NCBI GenBank assembly: GCA_965209035.1
Contig: OZ242372.1
Location: 768,001 to 832,000 of the forward strand
From: Gammaproteobacteria bacterium
Lineage (GTDB): Bacteria; Pseudomonadota; Gammaproteobacteria; CBDBNL01; JAAOII01
DNA length: 64,000 nt
Reading direction: 5' to 3'
Below are positions 21,325 to 32,153 of this stretch, one piece after another. Every line of letters begins with the position of its first letter. The first letter of the stretch is position 1. The notes under the pieces are model-generated. The model searched no databases. It had not been told where the DNA came from and was given only the letters and a program-made list of their open reading frames with translations. Both the position numbers and the translations under genes were made by a program.

Positions 21325-22944
21325 TCAGTCCCGGCGCATTTGTGCGTCCCCGGATAAATCCGGATAAGGATCCTCCAGTTCCGCAAGAGCGGCGCGTAGT
21401 TCCGGGCGCAAAAAATACACATGTTCCGACTTGGCAAAGACCCGGGCAAAATGATTCCTACCCCAAGTATTATCACCGTGATAGGTGTAAATATACAATT
21501 CCGGAAAATCCAAAATCACAACGCGTTTGCGTTTGGCAAGCCGATGAACCGCCCAATAGTCCTCACCGCGCCGCATACGCGGGTACCGGGACAGGGCACT
21601 CTTGCGCGCCAACATCGTCCCCTCCCACAGACGGCTGCCGGAAATCGCCAAAGCAAGCGGCTTTCGACTATAAAGGATTTCACGCAACAAAAAGCACGCA
21701 TCGGCATCACAGGACTGACAGGCGGATAACTGATAAGATATTTTTTGCGGATGATACAGATCATCGTCATCCCATTGGCAAACATATTCGCCGTTTGCCA
21801 AAGTGATGGCGCGGTTACGCAGGGCCCCCAACGAAGTCGCCTTTTCATTGCGAAAATACTTAATTTCCGGACTGTTAATTTTTTTCAATTCCAGATAAAA
21901 TCTGTCATCTCCTTCGTCTATGACGATCAACTCTTTTGGAAAATAGTCTTGCCGTAAAAAACATCGGACCGCCCGCATCGCCAACCCGGGACGCTCTTTG
22001 GTGATCAACAAGGCGGAAACCAGCGGTTTTAATTTTCCTTGGGCTAATTTCCGCGCGGCATCCGAACAAGAAAAATCTTTTATATCCCGGACAATACGCC
22101 CGCGATCCAAAATCAGAACACGGCTCAGAACAGGGCTCAGAATACGGTATTGCTTCTCTCTTTTTGGGATGTTCACCCGGACATCATCCGTCGGATGCTT
22201 GGCAAGATATGCGCGCAACTGAAAGTTTGGCAAGAATAAGGGCAAAAAAATCTTCGCCAGTTTTTTCAACAAACGGACGGCAGCCTCCTTATACCAAGGG
22301 CGGATCCACCAGCTGCCGTGCCAGTGATGCACGGCATATGCCGTTTGCCCCGCATTAATTGTCTTGCTCGGGTTCAATTCAAAATGATCGTGTTTTTCCA
22401 AAGGCAAGATTGGCCGAAACTCCGTGTGCGCCCTCGTCAACATAAAGGGACCCGTAGCATCCAAGGGATCCCAGTCATCCTTGGCAATCTGCAAATGCTC
22501 TGTGACCCGCTTCCAAAAGGGATGTCCGGCCGCCGAAGCCATCAAAGCATTGGAAACCACATAAGAGAAACCTCGGCACTTTGATTTCCCGGTCCGCACA
22601 CGCTCCAAGGGTTCCGGCACCAATAAAATGCTCTTTTGTTGCAATAACGCATCAAGCGGACAAAGACTCTCGTAATCCAAATCCGCATAAACGCCGCCGT
22701 AATGATAAAGAAGATAGTAACGAAACGCGTCCACTCGCATAATTGCTTTCGGATAAGCATCAAAAGTGGCAAGAAATGCCGGATAGTACCGAACAAAAAA
22801 ATCCCGTATATCCGCGTCTGTCCAGAATCGGTGTTCCCAATCCGGATGGTTCCTTAACCACCCCTTCCGCAACCCTGCCAAGTACCTCGGCAAACGCCGA
22901 GTGGAATAGGTCTGATGTAAGATCTTGGGTATTTCGGATGACAT
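21325..22944 (-). CDS. Two-domain glycosyltransferase: GT32/OCH1-like DXD domain plus a GT2-like domain
   Basis: IPKILHQT, RVDAFRY.LLY.YGGVYADLD, TGP; then VSALLIT..R, LG.LRN, QWDDDD, GED. ATG at 22944 preferred. Confidence 0.85.
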   Translation of the reverse strand: MSSEIPKILHQTYSTRRLPRYLAGLRKGWLRNHPDWEHRFWTDADIRDFFVRYYPAFLATFDAYPKAIMRVDAFRYYLLYHYGGVYADLDYESLCPLDALLQQKSILLVPEPLERVRTGKSKCRGFSYVVSNALMASAAGHPFWKRVTEHLQIAKDDWDPLDATGPFMLTRAHTEFRPILPLEKHDHFELNPSKTINAGQTAYAVHHWHGSWWIRPWYKEAAVRLLKKLAKIFLPLFLPNFQLRAYLAKHPTDDVRVNIPKREKQYRILSPVLSRVLILDRGRIVRDIKDFSCSDAARKLAQGKLKPLVSALLITKERPGLAMRAVRCFLRQDYFPKELIVIDEGDDRFYLELKKINSPEIKYFRNEKATSLGALRNRAITLANGEYVCQWDDDDLYHPQKISYQLSACQSCDADACFLLREILYSRKPLALAISGSRLWEGTMLARKSALSRYPRMRRGEDYWAVHRLAKRKRVVILDFPELYIYTYHGDNTWGRNHFARVFAKSEHVYFLRPELRAALAELEDPYPDLSGDAQMRRD

Positions 22945-22951
22945 AAAAGCC

Positions 22952-23770
22952 TTAGTCTCCAAGAAGTTGTCTCCTAAGGCGCCCCAGTTTTCTGCGAGTG
23001 ACGCTGATCGGAAATTCCACCGCATAATAAAGATACTTATTGAGCCTTGGAAACGGACCAAAATCTTGAGCCGTATCACTAAACAAATAACCGCTACTAA
23101 AAGTCCCTTGCCAGCCGATGTGTTGAACTACGGAAGGTTTGGCGGCTAATATTCGGTAACCGCGTTGCGACATCCGCCAAACCACGAGTTCATCCCAACT
23201 GTTCTGTAAGGGTAGGAATAATTTTTTGTACAAAGCGACAGAAAAAAAGAGACTAACCCCGCCGATGTCCGCCTTTTGACAGTAATTGGCAGTTTCTTTC
23301 AAATTTTTCTTTCTTAAAGAATTAAATCCCGAGAGCAGGATGTTTGGTTTATCTGTCTGTTTTTCATACAAAGAACGCAAGACAAGTAGCCAGTTTTTTT
23401 TGACAATCGTATCCGAATCCAGCACCGCCAGATAAGAGCATTCAAAATGGGACAAGGCGTAATTGAAAGCAAACATTAAGTTATGATGCAGCGTATCGAA
23501 CAACCCGGCCTGCGGCATTCTATTTCTGCGTGTTATCCGCAAACAGTCCGCTTGCGGATGACGAAATTTTTTGATCAATTGCAGTGTCTCGGCGTCGTCG
23601 CTGCCGTCATCAAAAAAAATAAGCAAAGTCGCCGACAATTGGGAAGCACGCACAGACTCCAAGCAACGTTTCAAGTATTTCGGTCTGTTGAATACAGGTA
23701 TCACCACGCAAACTCGATAAGAAGAAGCAAGCAGATCTCCGTTCCAAGAGATCAGATAATCGTGTTTCAT
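22952..23770 (-). CDS. Glycosyltransferase family 2 (paralog B)
   Basis: VVIPVFNRP, FDDGSDD, LDSD, SVVQHIG. Confidence 0.85.
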   Translation of the reverse strand: MKHDYLISWNGDLLASSYRVCVVIPVFNRPKYLKRCLESVRASQLSATLLIFFDDGSDDAETLQLIKKFRHPQADCLRITRRNRMPQAGLFDTLHHNLMFAFNYALSHFECSYLAVLDSDTIVKKNWLLVLRSLYEKQTDKPNILLSGFNSLRKKNLKETANYCQKADIGGVSLFFSVALYKKLFLPLQNSWDELVVWRMSQRGYRILAAKPSVVQHIGWQGTFSSGYLFSDTAQDFGPFPRLNKYLYYAVEFPISVTRRKLGRLRRQLLGD

Positions 23771-23927
23771 TTAAAGAATTTTCCCGACAGCCCGACAGAA
23801 TGCCCAATTCTTGGAAAAGCGACGAGATACGTGCCTAATTCCGGGGGCACAGAATGGTCATCCCGATTTGCTGCGCGCATACCGCCCAAGCGACGGGGAT
23901 GCTTGGCACACCGTATTTCCTGCCGCT

Positions 23928-24755
23928 TCAATTTCCAAGAAGGTGTCTCTTAATGCGTCCCAGTTTTCCGCGAATAAATCTGATCGGAAAATCCGTCGCA
24001 TAATAAAGAAACTTGTTGAACCTTGGAAACGGACCAAAATCCGCCGCCCTTTCGCTAAAAAAATAGCCGCCGCTGAAGGTTCCTCGTTTTCCTATGTGCT
24101 GAATCACGGAAGGTCTGGATGCCAACATCCGGTAACCGCGTTCGGACATCCTGCGCGACAGGCAATCGTCCCAATAGGGCTCCATAGGAACAAATATCTT
24201 TGTATAAAAAGCAACGGAAAAAAAGAGACCCACTCCGTTTAAGAGATTGACTTGATAGTAATCTGCGGTCTCTTTCAAAATTTTCTTCCGTAATGAACTT
24301 AAGGATGTAAACCCCGAAAGGATCATGTTTGGTTTATCGACTTGCTTTTCATATAAAGAACGCAAGACAAGCAACCAATTCTTTTTGACAATCGTATCCG
24401 AATCCAGAACCGCCAGATAAGAGCATTCAAAGTGAGACAGTGCATAATTGAAAGCAAACATTAAGTTATGATGCAGCGTATCCAACAACCCGGACTGTGG
24501 CAGTCTATTTCTGCGTTTTATCCGCAAGCAGTCCGCTTGGGGATGACGAAATTTTGTTAGCAATTGCAGTGTCTCGGCATCGTCGCTGCCGTCATCAAAA
24601 AAAATAAGCAAAGTCGCCGGTAATTGGGAAGCGCACACAGATTCCAAGCAACGTTTCAAGTATTCCGGTCTGTTGAATACCGGGATCACCACGCAGAATC
24701 TATAAGAATGTGCGAGAAGATCTTCGTTCCCGGAAATCAGATAATCATGTTTCAC
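23928..24755 (-). CDS. Glycosyltransferase family 2 (paralog A)
   Basis: Same motifs; highly similar to 22952..23770 at DNA and protein level. Confidence 0.85.
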   Translation of the reverse strand: MKHDYLISGNEDLLAHSYRFCVVIPVFNRPEYLKRCLESVCASQLPATLLIFFDDGSDDAETLQLLTKFRHPQADCLRIKRRNRLPQSGLLDTLHHNLMFAFNYALSHFECSYLAVLDSDTIVKKNWLLVLRSLYEKQVDKPNMILSGFTSLSSLRKKILKETADYYQVNLLNGVGLFFSVAFYTKIFVPMEPYWDDCLSRRMSERGYRMLASRPSVIQHIGKRGTFSGGYFFSERAADFGPFPRFNKFLYYATDFPIRFIRGKLGRIKRHLLGN

Positions 24756-24892
24756 TTTTTACCGAACTTTTTAATCGACCAACACGCAAAAAATACAATG
24801 GCAATAGCATCACCAACAGAATAAAACGGACATAGGGTTTCCAATTTTTAAAGCCCGCTTATAAATGAAACAAAAACCAATACTCGCCACTT

Positions 24893-25417
24893 CTATCTTG
24901 TCCCTCCGTGAGTTCCGGCAGAACTGATCTTTTTTCGTTTAATCACAAAAAAAGATTGCAGCAGATCCGCAGATTCCTCCTTACAAACACCCGAGCGAGA
25001 CATGGGTTTCCATGAGAGCATCTGTGTGTCGGTCAAACACCCCCGGCTGACCACTGCGCCGGTTTTCGGCTCCGGCAAAGCATAAACAATCGCGACAATG
25101 CGCGCATGTGATGCCGCCGCCAGACACATCGCACAGGGTTCCAGAGTAACATAAAGAATACAATCCGTCAAACGATAGTTTCCCTCAAAAGCACCGGCTT
25201 GGCGCATAGCCAGGATCTCGGCATGCCCGGTGGGGTCCGATGTTGCAATCATCCGGTTGTGCCCCCTCCCTATTATCTTGTTCTGTTTAACAATCACAGC
25301 ACCCACGGGCACCTCATCAACAGACATTGCCAACCGGGCCTCCCGTATGGCAGCCTGCATCCAGTGGGTGTCTTCTTTTTCAGAACGCGTATTTGGTCTC
25401 GGTGAGCTGCCTTTCAT
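24893..25417 (-). CDS. tadA: tRNA adenosine(34) deaminase
   Basis: EVPVGAV, DPTGHAE, NYRL, TLEPCAMC. Confidence 0.93.
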   Translation of the reverse strand: MKGSSPRPNTRSEKEDTHWMQAAIREARLAMSVDEVPVGAVIVKQNKIIGRGHNRMIATSDPTGHAEILAMRQAGAFEGNYRLTDCILYVTLEPCAMCLAAASHARIVAIVYALPEPKTGAVVSRGCLTDTQMLSWKPMSRSGVCKEESADLLQSFFVIKRKKISSAGTHGGTR

Positions 25418-25436
25418 ATTCGGATGTCCGCCCGGC

Positions 25437-26996
25437 TCATTCCCACTCTATGGTTGCCGGCGGTTTGGAAGAGCAATCATAAACAACCCGACCGACATCT
25501 TTGACCTCATTGATGATGCGCGTTGCCGTCCGGTGCAAAAAAGGACCGGGCAGATCCGCCACAGCCGCTGTCATGAAATCCTCGGTCACTACGGCTCGCA
25601 AAGCAATCACATATCCGTAAGAGCGTTCATCCCCGCCCACGCCCACGGAACGTATCGGCAAAAACACACAAAATGCCTGACTCACCTTGCGATCATAGCC
25701 GGCCGCCCGCAATTCCTCCAGGTAAATACGATCGGCGGAACGCAAAATCTCCGCATGCTTGCGGTTAACCCGCCCCATAATTCGCACCGCCAACCCGGGG
25801 CCCGGGAAAGGATGCCGCATCAACAAAGAATCCGGTATCCCCAATTCTTTGCCCAGGCGACGCACCTCGTCTTTGAACAGCATTCTAAGCGGCTCCAACA
25901 ATCGTAACTTCATCTTAGCCGGCAAGCCGCCGACATTATGATGCGATTTAATCACCCGAGCGTCCGCAACGGCCGCGGATTCAATCACATCCGGATAAAT
26001 GGTCCCTTGGACTAACCAGTCGGCTCCCCCCACCTTCCGCACCTCTTTTTCAAAAACGCGAATAAAATTCTTACCGATGATCATCCTCTTTTTTTCGGGG
26101 TCCTGTGCGGTCCGCAAAGCATCAAAAAATAACCGCACGGCATTCACCTTGCGCACCTTAATATTCATCAGGGTCTTCAGTTCCCGCACAACTTGATCCG
26201 CTTCGCCGCAGCGAAGCAGACCCGTATCCACCAAAATGGGCCTAATTCTGTTGCCCAGGGCGCGTGCCGCCAGAACACAGGCAACGGTCGAATCCACGCC
26301 ACCGGAAAGTGCGATAATGGCGTTCTCCTTTTCACCCACTTTGTCTTGCATATCGGTTAGGATCTCATCAATAATGTGTCCTTCCGTCCAAGAAGGACGG
26401 CAACCGCATATGCGGGCAAAATTGACAAGAATTTTTGTTCCGCCGACAGTATGTGAAACCTCCGGGTGAAACTGAACCGCATAGATTTTTTGGGCGGAGG
26501 ATTCAAACGCCGCGATCTGTCCGTCCGCATTACGGGCTGTGCATACAAATCCCGCCGGCAAGGATTGCACTTCGTCACCGTGGCTCATCCAAACTTTGCG
26601 CGTGCCGGGCGATTGCATTCCGCGCCAAAGAAGCCCCCCTTTTTCAAGAGAGACCTCGCTCGCACCATACTCACCGCCCTGCCCCTCGCCGACAGTGCCC
26701 CGATAAAAGTTTGCCAACAGGTGCATCCCATAGCATATGCCCAACACCGGCGGATGCTCGCGCCCGCCCAACACGAATTCCCGGACGGCGACATCCGCAT
26801 CGTCCGCCGCGGATCTGTAACTGCCGGCAAGAATAATGCCCGCCCCCTTAAAAGAATGCAAGGTATTTTCTTTGAGAGCGGACCGCGGTGTAACAGTCGC
26901 ATAATAACCGGCCTGCCGCAACCTTCTGGCGATTAATTGCGTGTATTGCGAACCAAAATCAACGATTAACAATTCGTCATTATTATTATGATTCAT
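25437..26996 (-). CDS. guaA: GMP synthase (glutamine-hydrolysing)
   Basis: DFGSQYTQLIARR, GICYG, QFHPEV, SGGVDS, IKSHHNVGGLP, KPPATIEWE. Confidence 0.97.
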   Translation of the reverse strand: MNHNNNDELLIVDFGSQYTQLIARRLRQAGYYATVTPRSALKENTLHSFKGAGIILAGSYRSAADDADVAVREFVLGGREHPPVLGICYGMHLLANFYRGTVGEGQGGEYGASEVSLEKGGLLWRGMQSPGTRKVWMSHGDEVQSLPAGFVCTARNADGQIAAFESSAQKIYAVQFHPEVSHTVGGTKILVNFARICGCRPSWTEGHIIDEILTDMQDKVGEKENAIIALSGGVDSTVACVLAARALGNRIRPILVDTGLLRCGEADQVVRELKTLMNIKVRKVNAVRLFFDALRTAQDPEKKRMIIGKNFIRVFEKEVRKVGGADWLVQGTIYPDVIESAAVADARVIKSHHNVGGLPAKMKLRLLEPLRMLFKDEVRRLGKELGIPDSLLMRHPFPGPGLAVRIMGRVNRKHAEILRSADRIYLEELRAAGYDRKVSQAFCVFLPIRSVGVGGDERSYGYVIALRAVVTEDFMTAAVADLPGPFLHRTATRIINEVKDVGRVVYDCSSKPPATIEWE

Positions 26997-27961
26997 TGCA
27001 CTCGCAACCTATTCTCGTTCTCCTTAAACCACTCATATGCCATGCGAATCCCTTCCTTTAAGTTAATGCGATGCTTCCAGCCCAGTTTGTGCAGTCTGGT
27101 CACATCCAAAACCTTCTTCGGTGTCCCGTCCGGCATAGAAGTATCCCAAGTCATCTTCCCGTCATAATCCACAATTTCCTTGATCAGTTCGGCAAGTTCG
27201 CGCACCGATATGTCTTCGCCGCAACCGACATTAATATGCTCGTTCGTCCGATCCCCGGTGTGCAACTTGGCGGCGGGAACATGCATAACAAAAAGAGAGC
27301 CTTCGGCCAGATCTTCGGCATGAATAAATTCCCGCCGCGGCTTTCCGCTCCCCCACAAAACAATCTCCGGCAATCTTTCTTCCTTGGCGCGATGAAACCT
27401 CGCCAACAAGGCGGCCATCACATGGCTGTTTTGCGGATGATAGTTGTCGCGCGGCCCGTAGACATTGGTCGGCATCACGGACCGAAAATCCGTTCCGTAT
27501 TGGCAGTTGTAGGCTTCGCACAACCCTAGCCCCGCTATCTTTGCCAGAGCGTACGGTTTGTTGGTGGGCTCCAAAAAACCGCCAAGCAAGGCGTCTTCCG
27601 TAATCGGTTGCTCGGCGAACTTGGGATAAACGCAAGAACTGCCAAAAAATAGCAAGCGTTTCACATGACTGCGGCGAGATGCCTCTATGACATTCGCCGC
27701 AATCATCAGGTTATCATAAATAAACTCCGCGGGATAAGTGTGATTGGCATAAATACCTCCCACCTTGGCGGCGGACAAAAACACATACTCCGGTTCGGTT
27801 TCGCGAAAGAATGCGTTTGTTTGTGCTTGATTGCGTAAATCTGTGGTCCGTCTGTCAACAATTATGATATTGGTATGCCCGCGTTTTTTTAGCAGATCAC
27901 AAACCGCACCGCCCACCATGCCGGTGGCTCCCGTAACCAAAACTCGGGATTTTCCTTCCAC
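26993..27961 (-). CDS. fcl: GDP-L-fucose synthase
   Basis: GATGMVG, AAKVGGI, GSSCVYP, YALAK, WGSGKPRREF. Confidence 0.95.
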   Translation of the reverse strand: MEGKSRVLVTGATGMVGGAVCDLLKKRGHTNIIIVDRRTTDLRNQAQTNAFFRETEPEYVFLSAAKVGGIYANHTYPAEFIYDNLMIAANVIEASRRSHVKRLLFFGSSCVYPKFAEQPITEDALLGGFLEPTNKPYALAKIAGLGLCEAYNCQYGTDFRSVMPTNVYGPRDNYHPQNSHVMAALLARFHRAKEERLPEIVLWGSGKPRREFIHAEDLAEGSLFVMHVPAAKLHTGDRTNEHINVGCGEDISVRELAELIKEIVDYDGKMTWDTSMPDGTPKKVLDVTRLHKLGWKHRINLKEGIRMAYEWFKENENRLRVQ

Positions 27962-27991
27962 GATCGCAATTAAAAATTAAAAGAAGCGAAT

Positions 27992-29029
27992 TTACGCAAG
28001 ACTGCGCAACTCGCTCTCAACCATTTCTTCTATCAATTCCTCCAAACTTACCGCGGGTTCCCAACCCAGCTCCCGCTTCGCCTTGGAATAGTCGCCGCGC
28101 AGATTCTCCACCTCTGTCGGGCGGAAATAACGCTCGTCAATGCGGACAACCGTCTTGCCGTTGCTCTTGTTTATACCGATTTCCCGCAGACCTTCTCCCT
28201 CCCAAATGATTTCCATACCGGCACAGGCAAACGCCTGTTCCATGAAAAAACGCACCGTCGCCGAACACCCCGTTGCCAACACAAAATCATCCGGCGTATG
28301 ATGCTGTAACATCAGATACATGCCGCGCACATAGTCGCGCGCATGCCCCCAATCGCGCACGGCACCCAAGTTTCCCATATAAACGCAATCTTTAGACCCT
28401 TTTTTGATACGCGCGACGGCCATGGCAATTTTGCGGGTAACAAAGGTTTCACCGCGCCAAGGAGATTCGTGATTAAATAAAATCCCGCTGGCAACAAACA
28501 TATCGTATGCCTCGCGATAATTAATGGCTATCCAATGGGCAAAACATTTTGACACGGCATAAGGAGAACGCGGGTAAAATGCGGTGCCTTCATTCTGCGG
28601 CGGCGGCGCCGCACCAAACATCTCGCTGGAAGATGCCTGATAAAAACGAACTTCTTTTCCCATTCCGCATGAACGCAACGCAGCCAGCAGTCTGAGCGTC
28701 CCCATACCCACCGTATCCGCGGTATATTCCGGCACATCAAAGGATACGCGCACATGACTCTGGGCGGCCAGGTTGTAGATTTCGGAAGGCTTAACCCGAT
28801 GCAAGATATTCACCGTGGCCATCCCATCGGTGGCATCGCCGTAATGCAAAAACAGTTGTGCGCCCTTCAGATGCGGATCCTTATAAAGTTCGTCTATGCG
28901 GGTGGTATTAATTAACGATGTTCGCCGTTTTATGCCATGCACCTCATAGCCTTTTTCCAGCAAGAGTTTTGCAAGATAATAACCATCCTGACCGGTAATG
29001 CCCGTAATAAGCGCCTTTTTTATTCCCAT
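27992..29029 (-). CDS. gmd: GDP-mannose 4,6-dehydratase
   Basis: GITGQDG, NLAAQSHV, YQASSSE, GETFVTRK, DWGHA. Confidence 0.97.
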   Translation of the reverse strand: MGIKKALITGITGQDGYYLAKLLLEKGYEVHGIKRRTSLINTTRIDELYKDPHLKGAQLFLHYGDATDGMATVNILHRVKPSEIYNLAAQSHVRVSFDVPEYTADTVGMGTLRLLAALRSCGMGKEVRFYQASSSEMFGAAPPPQNEGTAFYPRSPYAVSKCFAHWIAINYREAYDMFVASGILFNHESPWRGETFVTRKIAMAVARIKKGSKDCVYMGNLGAVRDWGHARDYVRGMYLMLQHHTPDDFVLATGCSATVRFFMEQAFACAGMEIIWEGEGLREIGINKSNGKTVVRIDERYFRPTEVENLRGDYSKAKRELGWEPAVSLEELIEEMVESELRSLA

Positions 29030-29062
29030 GCCTGCAAAAGATATGAATACACTGAGTATGCG

Positions 29063-30403
29063 TTAAGCGGAAAGATGGTTAATTGAAATTGCATCACCTC
29101 CCGCGATGAATTCGGGAGAACGCAAAATAGAACGATGCAACTCCGAGTTACTTTCTATGCCGGCAATGTAAATCTCTTCCAAAGCAGAGCACATCCGCGC
29201 GATAGCCGTCTTGCGCGTGTCGCCGTGAGCTATAATTTTTGCCACCAACGAATCGTAATAAGGCGGGATTGTATAACCGTCATACAAATGCGAATCTACG
29301 CGCACACCGGGCCCTCCCGGCGCGTGGAAATGCGAAACCTTGCCGGGGCTCGGAATAAAATTTTTGTAGTCCTCGGCATTGATGCGGCATTCAATCGCAT
29401 GGCCGCGCATGGTAATGTCTTTTTGTCGAAAAGACAAAGGCTGGCCGCTCGCCACCAGAATCTGCTCTTTCACCAGGTCATATCCCGTCACCATTTCCGT
29501 GACCGGATGCTCCACTTGGATGCGCGTGTTCATTTCTATGAAGTAAAACTGTCCGTTTTCATAAAGAAATTCAAAGGTCCCCGCCCCCAAATACTTAATC
29601 CGTTTACAGGCATCCGCACAGGTCTGTGTGATCTGTTGATAGGCATCCGCATCTATCCCCGGTGCGGGCGCTTCTTCTATCAGTTTTTGATGCCGTCTCT
29701 GAATGGAACAATCGCGTGTCCCAAGATGCACCGCATTTCCGTGTCCATCCGCCATCACCTGAATTTCCACATGACGGGGAGATTGCAAAAATTTTTCCAT
29801 ATAAACGGCGGCATTGCCAAACGCCGCTTTCGCTTCGCTTTGTGTCAGCTCTATGGCCTCGGGTAATTCATCCGCCGCACGGACAACTCGCATCCCTCGG
29901 CCACCGCCACCGGCGACCGCTTTAATAATCACCGGATAACCGATACGATTCGCAATATCCGCATGCTCTTTGTGGTTACCACTCAATTCACCGTCCGAAC
30001 CCGGCACAGTCGGCACGCCCGCTTCTTTCATCGTCGCTATGGCGGAAACCTTGTCGCCCATCGTGCGAATCACATCGGGCGAAGGACCCACAAAAGTATA
30101 ACCGCTGCGCTCCAATTGCTCCGCAAAATCGGCGTTCTCCGCCAAAAACCCGTAGCCGGGATGCACCGCCTCGGCGCCCGTAACCTCACAGGCACTGATG
30201 ATCGCCGCCGTATTTAAGTAACTTTCCGTCGCACTGTTGGGACCAATGCATACGGATTGGTCCGCCATACGCACATGCATCAGTTCTTTATCCGCTTGCG
30301 AGTACACCGCAACGGCGAACACATCAAGTTCTCTGCAGGCGCGCAACACTCTGAGTGCTATTTCACCGCGATTTGCAATCAGCAATCGGTTAAACACGAA
30401 CAC
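29063..30403 (-). CDS. accC: Acetyl-CoA carboxylase biotin carboxylase subunit
   Basis: [34 protein letters not shown]. Confidence 0.97.
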   Translation of the reverse strand: MFVFNRLLIANRGEIALRVLRACRELDVFAVAVYSQADKELMHVRMADQSVCIGPNSATESYLNTAAIISACEVTGAEAVHPGYGFLAENADFAEQLERSGYTFVGPSPDVIRTMGDKVSAIATMKEAGVPTVPGSDGELSGNHKEHADIANRIGYPVIIKAVAGGGGRGMRVVRAADELPEAIELTQSEAKAAFGNAAVYMEKFLQSPRHVEIQVMADGHGNAVHLGTRDCSIQRRHQKLIEEAPAPGIDADAYQQITQTCADACKRIKYLGAGTFEFLYENGQFYFIEMNTRIQVEHPVTEMVTGYDLVKEQILVASGQPLSFRQKDITMRGHAIECRINAEDYKNFIPSPGKVSHFHAPGGPGVRVDSHLYDGYTIPPYYDSLVAKIIAHGDTRKTAIARMCSALEEIYIAGIESNSELHRSILRSPEFIAGGDAISINHLSA

Positions 30404-30430
30404 ACCCCGGACAAGATCGCATCCGCTTCT

Positions 30431-30877
30431 TTACTGCAAAATGCAAAGAATCTGATTATATTCCACAGGCGCCGCATTGTCCACCGGTAATTCTTTGACA
30501 ATTCCCGCGCGATCGCTCTTGATCTTATTCAAGGTTTTCATCGCTTCCACAATACAGATTGTATCCCCTTCCTTAATCTGACTGCCGACCTTGACAAACG
30601 GAGCACTGCCGGGAGAGGATGCATTGTAAAAAGTGCCGACCATGGGTGAACGCACGGCATGTCCTTGCATCTCTTCGGGCGATACCTTCCCTGTTTCCGG
30701 TGAGGCCGGTTCCTTCGCAACATGCGCAGGCGGCGGTGTTGCCGCCGCTGCCATAATTGCGCCCCTGCTTTTTCGTTTTACCAGCCTAACGGAAGAGTCC
30801 TTTTCCGTTACTTCCAGTTCATCCAAATCGGATTCTTCAAGAATCAGAATGAGTTGCTTAATTTTTTTTATCTCCAT
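30431..30877 (-). CDS. accB: Acetyl-CoA carboxylase biotin carboxyl carrier protein
   Basis: SPMVGTFY, EAMK biotinylation site. Confidence 0.96.
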   Translation of the reverse strand: MEIKKIKQLILILEESDLDELEVTEKDSSVRLVKRKSRGAIMAAAATPPPAHVAKEPASPETGKVSPEEMQGHAVRSPMVGTFYNASSPGSAPFVKVGSQIKEGDTICIVEAMKTLNKIKSDRAGIVKELPVDNAAPVEYNQILCILQ

Positions 30878-30921
30878 TTTTATTTTGTCGTATTATTATC
30901 CGTTACATTCATTGCATTACA

Positions 30922-31368
30922 TTAATTATTTAACTGAATTTCCTTTATGGCAAAACGCAAAGCATACATATAACCGTCAACCCCAAAACCGCAGATCACT
31001 CCTCTGGCAATGTCACTCAAATAAGAGTGATGCCGAAAAGATTCCCGGGCATAGATATTGCTAATATGCACTTCAACGAAAGGCACACCGACTAATTTTA
31101 ACGCATCACGCAAACCGATACTTGTGTGCGTCAATGCGGCCGCATTAATGATGATAAATGCCCAATCCGGCGACGATACCGATTGAATACGGTCTATCAG
31201 ATTTCCTTCACTATTGGACTGAAATACTTCCAGACTGTGTCCCGCGGCCGTCGCAATTCGCCGCAGTTCGCTATTTAAAGCATCCGGCGTTGTCGCGCCA
31301 TAAATTTCGGGCTCTCTCTTTCCCAGAAGGTTCAAGTTTGGTCCGTTAATCACAAGAATTTTTGCCAT
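30922..31368 (-). CDS. aroQ: Type II 3-dehydroquinate dehydratase
   Basis: NGPNLNLLGKREPEIYG, QSNSEG, EVHISN; aroQ-accB-accC order. Confidence 0.96.
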   Translation of the reverse strand: MAKILVINGPNLNLLGKREPEIYGATTPDALNSELRRIATAAGHSLEVFQSNSEGNLIDRIQSVSSPDWAFIIINAAALTHTSIGLRDALKLVGVPFVEVHISNIYARESFRHHSYLSDIARGVICGFGVDGYMYALRFAIKEIQLNN

Positions 31369-31466
31369 CTGTCAATTATTATTACACTCTTTCTATTGTA
31401 TATCATTTTGAATATGCGTTTGACACGCCTTACCCGATTATCCCGCCCCCCTGGCCTTTTAGCCTT

Positions 31467-32102
31467 TTAGCCTTTTGCCCGTTGCATCCCGCCACTCAAA
31501 GAAGAAGCCAAAGAAGAAGCCACATAGCGCGCCAACAGATCCGCTTCCAAATTAACGCCTGTGCCCCGGCAATAATGTTTGGCGATCGTGCGTTTCAAAG
31601 TCATGGGTATCAAACCAACCGAGAACTCGGATGCTGTCACTCTGTTAACCGTCAAACTGATACCATCCACCGCCACACTGCCTTTGACAGCTAACAGACC
31701 GCCTATTTCCGACGGATATTCAATTTCTAGCAGTCTATTCATACCATCCTCTGTCATTTTTTTTATGATGCCCACCCCATCCGCATGGCCGGTAAGATAA
31801 TGACCGCCAAGAGCATCACCCACCCTGAGGGAACCTTCAAGGTTCACTTCGTCACCTTCGGACCATCGCCGGGCGGTGGTAACCGCCAGCGTCTCTGTTC
31901 CAAGTTCAAACAAAATATTTTTCCCTCTCAAATCCAAATCACTCACCGTAAGGCAGATACCGTTGACTGCAATACTGTCACCGGGAACCGGGCTATTTTT
32001 TTGTGCAAACAATACTTCACAATTAATCCCCAATGCCAAACCGCCGGACACAGGCCGCAGCCTCTCCACTCTACCGGTCCCCGCAATCAGACCGCTAAAC
32101 AT
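31467..32102 (-). CDS. ribE: Riboflavin synthase (alpha chain)
   Basis: MFSGLI, GDSIAVNGICLTV, VNLE, GGH, KGSVAVDGISLTV. Named ribC in E. coli. Confidence 0.93.
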   Translation of the reverse strand: MFSGLIAGTGRVERLRPVSGGLALGINCEVLFAQKNSPVPGDSIAVNGICLTVSDLDLRGKNILFELGTETLAVTTARRWSEGDEVNLEGSLRVGDALGGHYLTGHADGVGIIKKMTEDGMNRLLEIEYPSEIGGLLAVKGSVAVDGISLTVNRVTASEFSVGLIPMTLKRTIAKHYCRGTGVNLEADLLARYVASSLASSLSGGMQRAKG

Positions 32103-32153
32103 GATGCTTTGGATGTTCCGGGTGTTCGGGGTATCCCGGGATGCGCGACAAAT

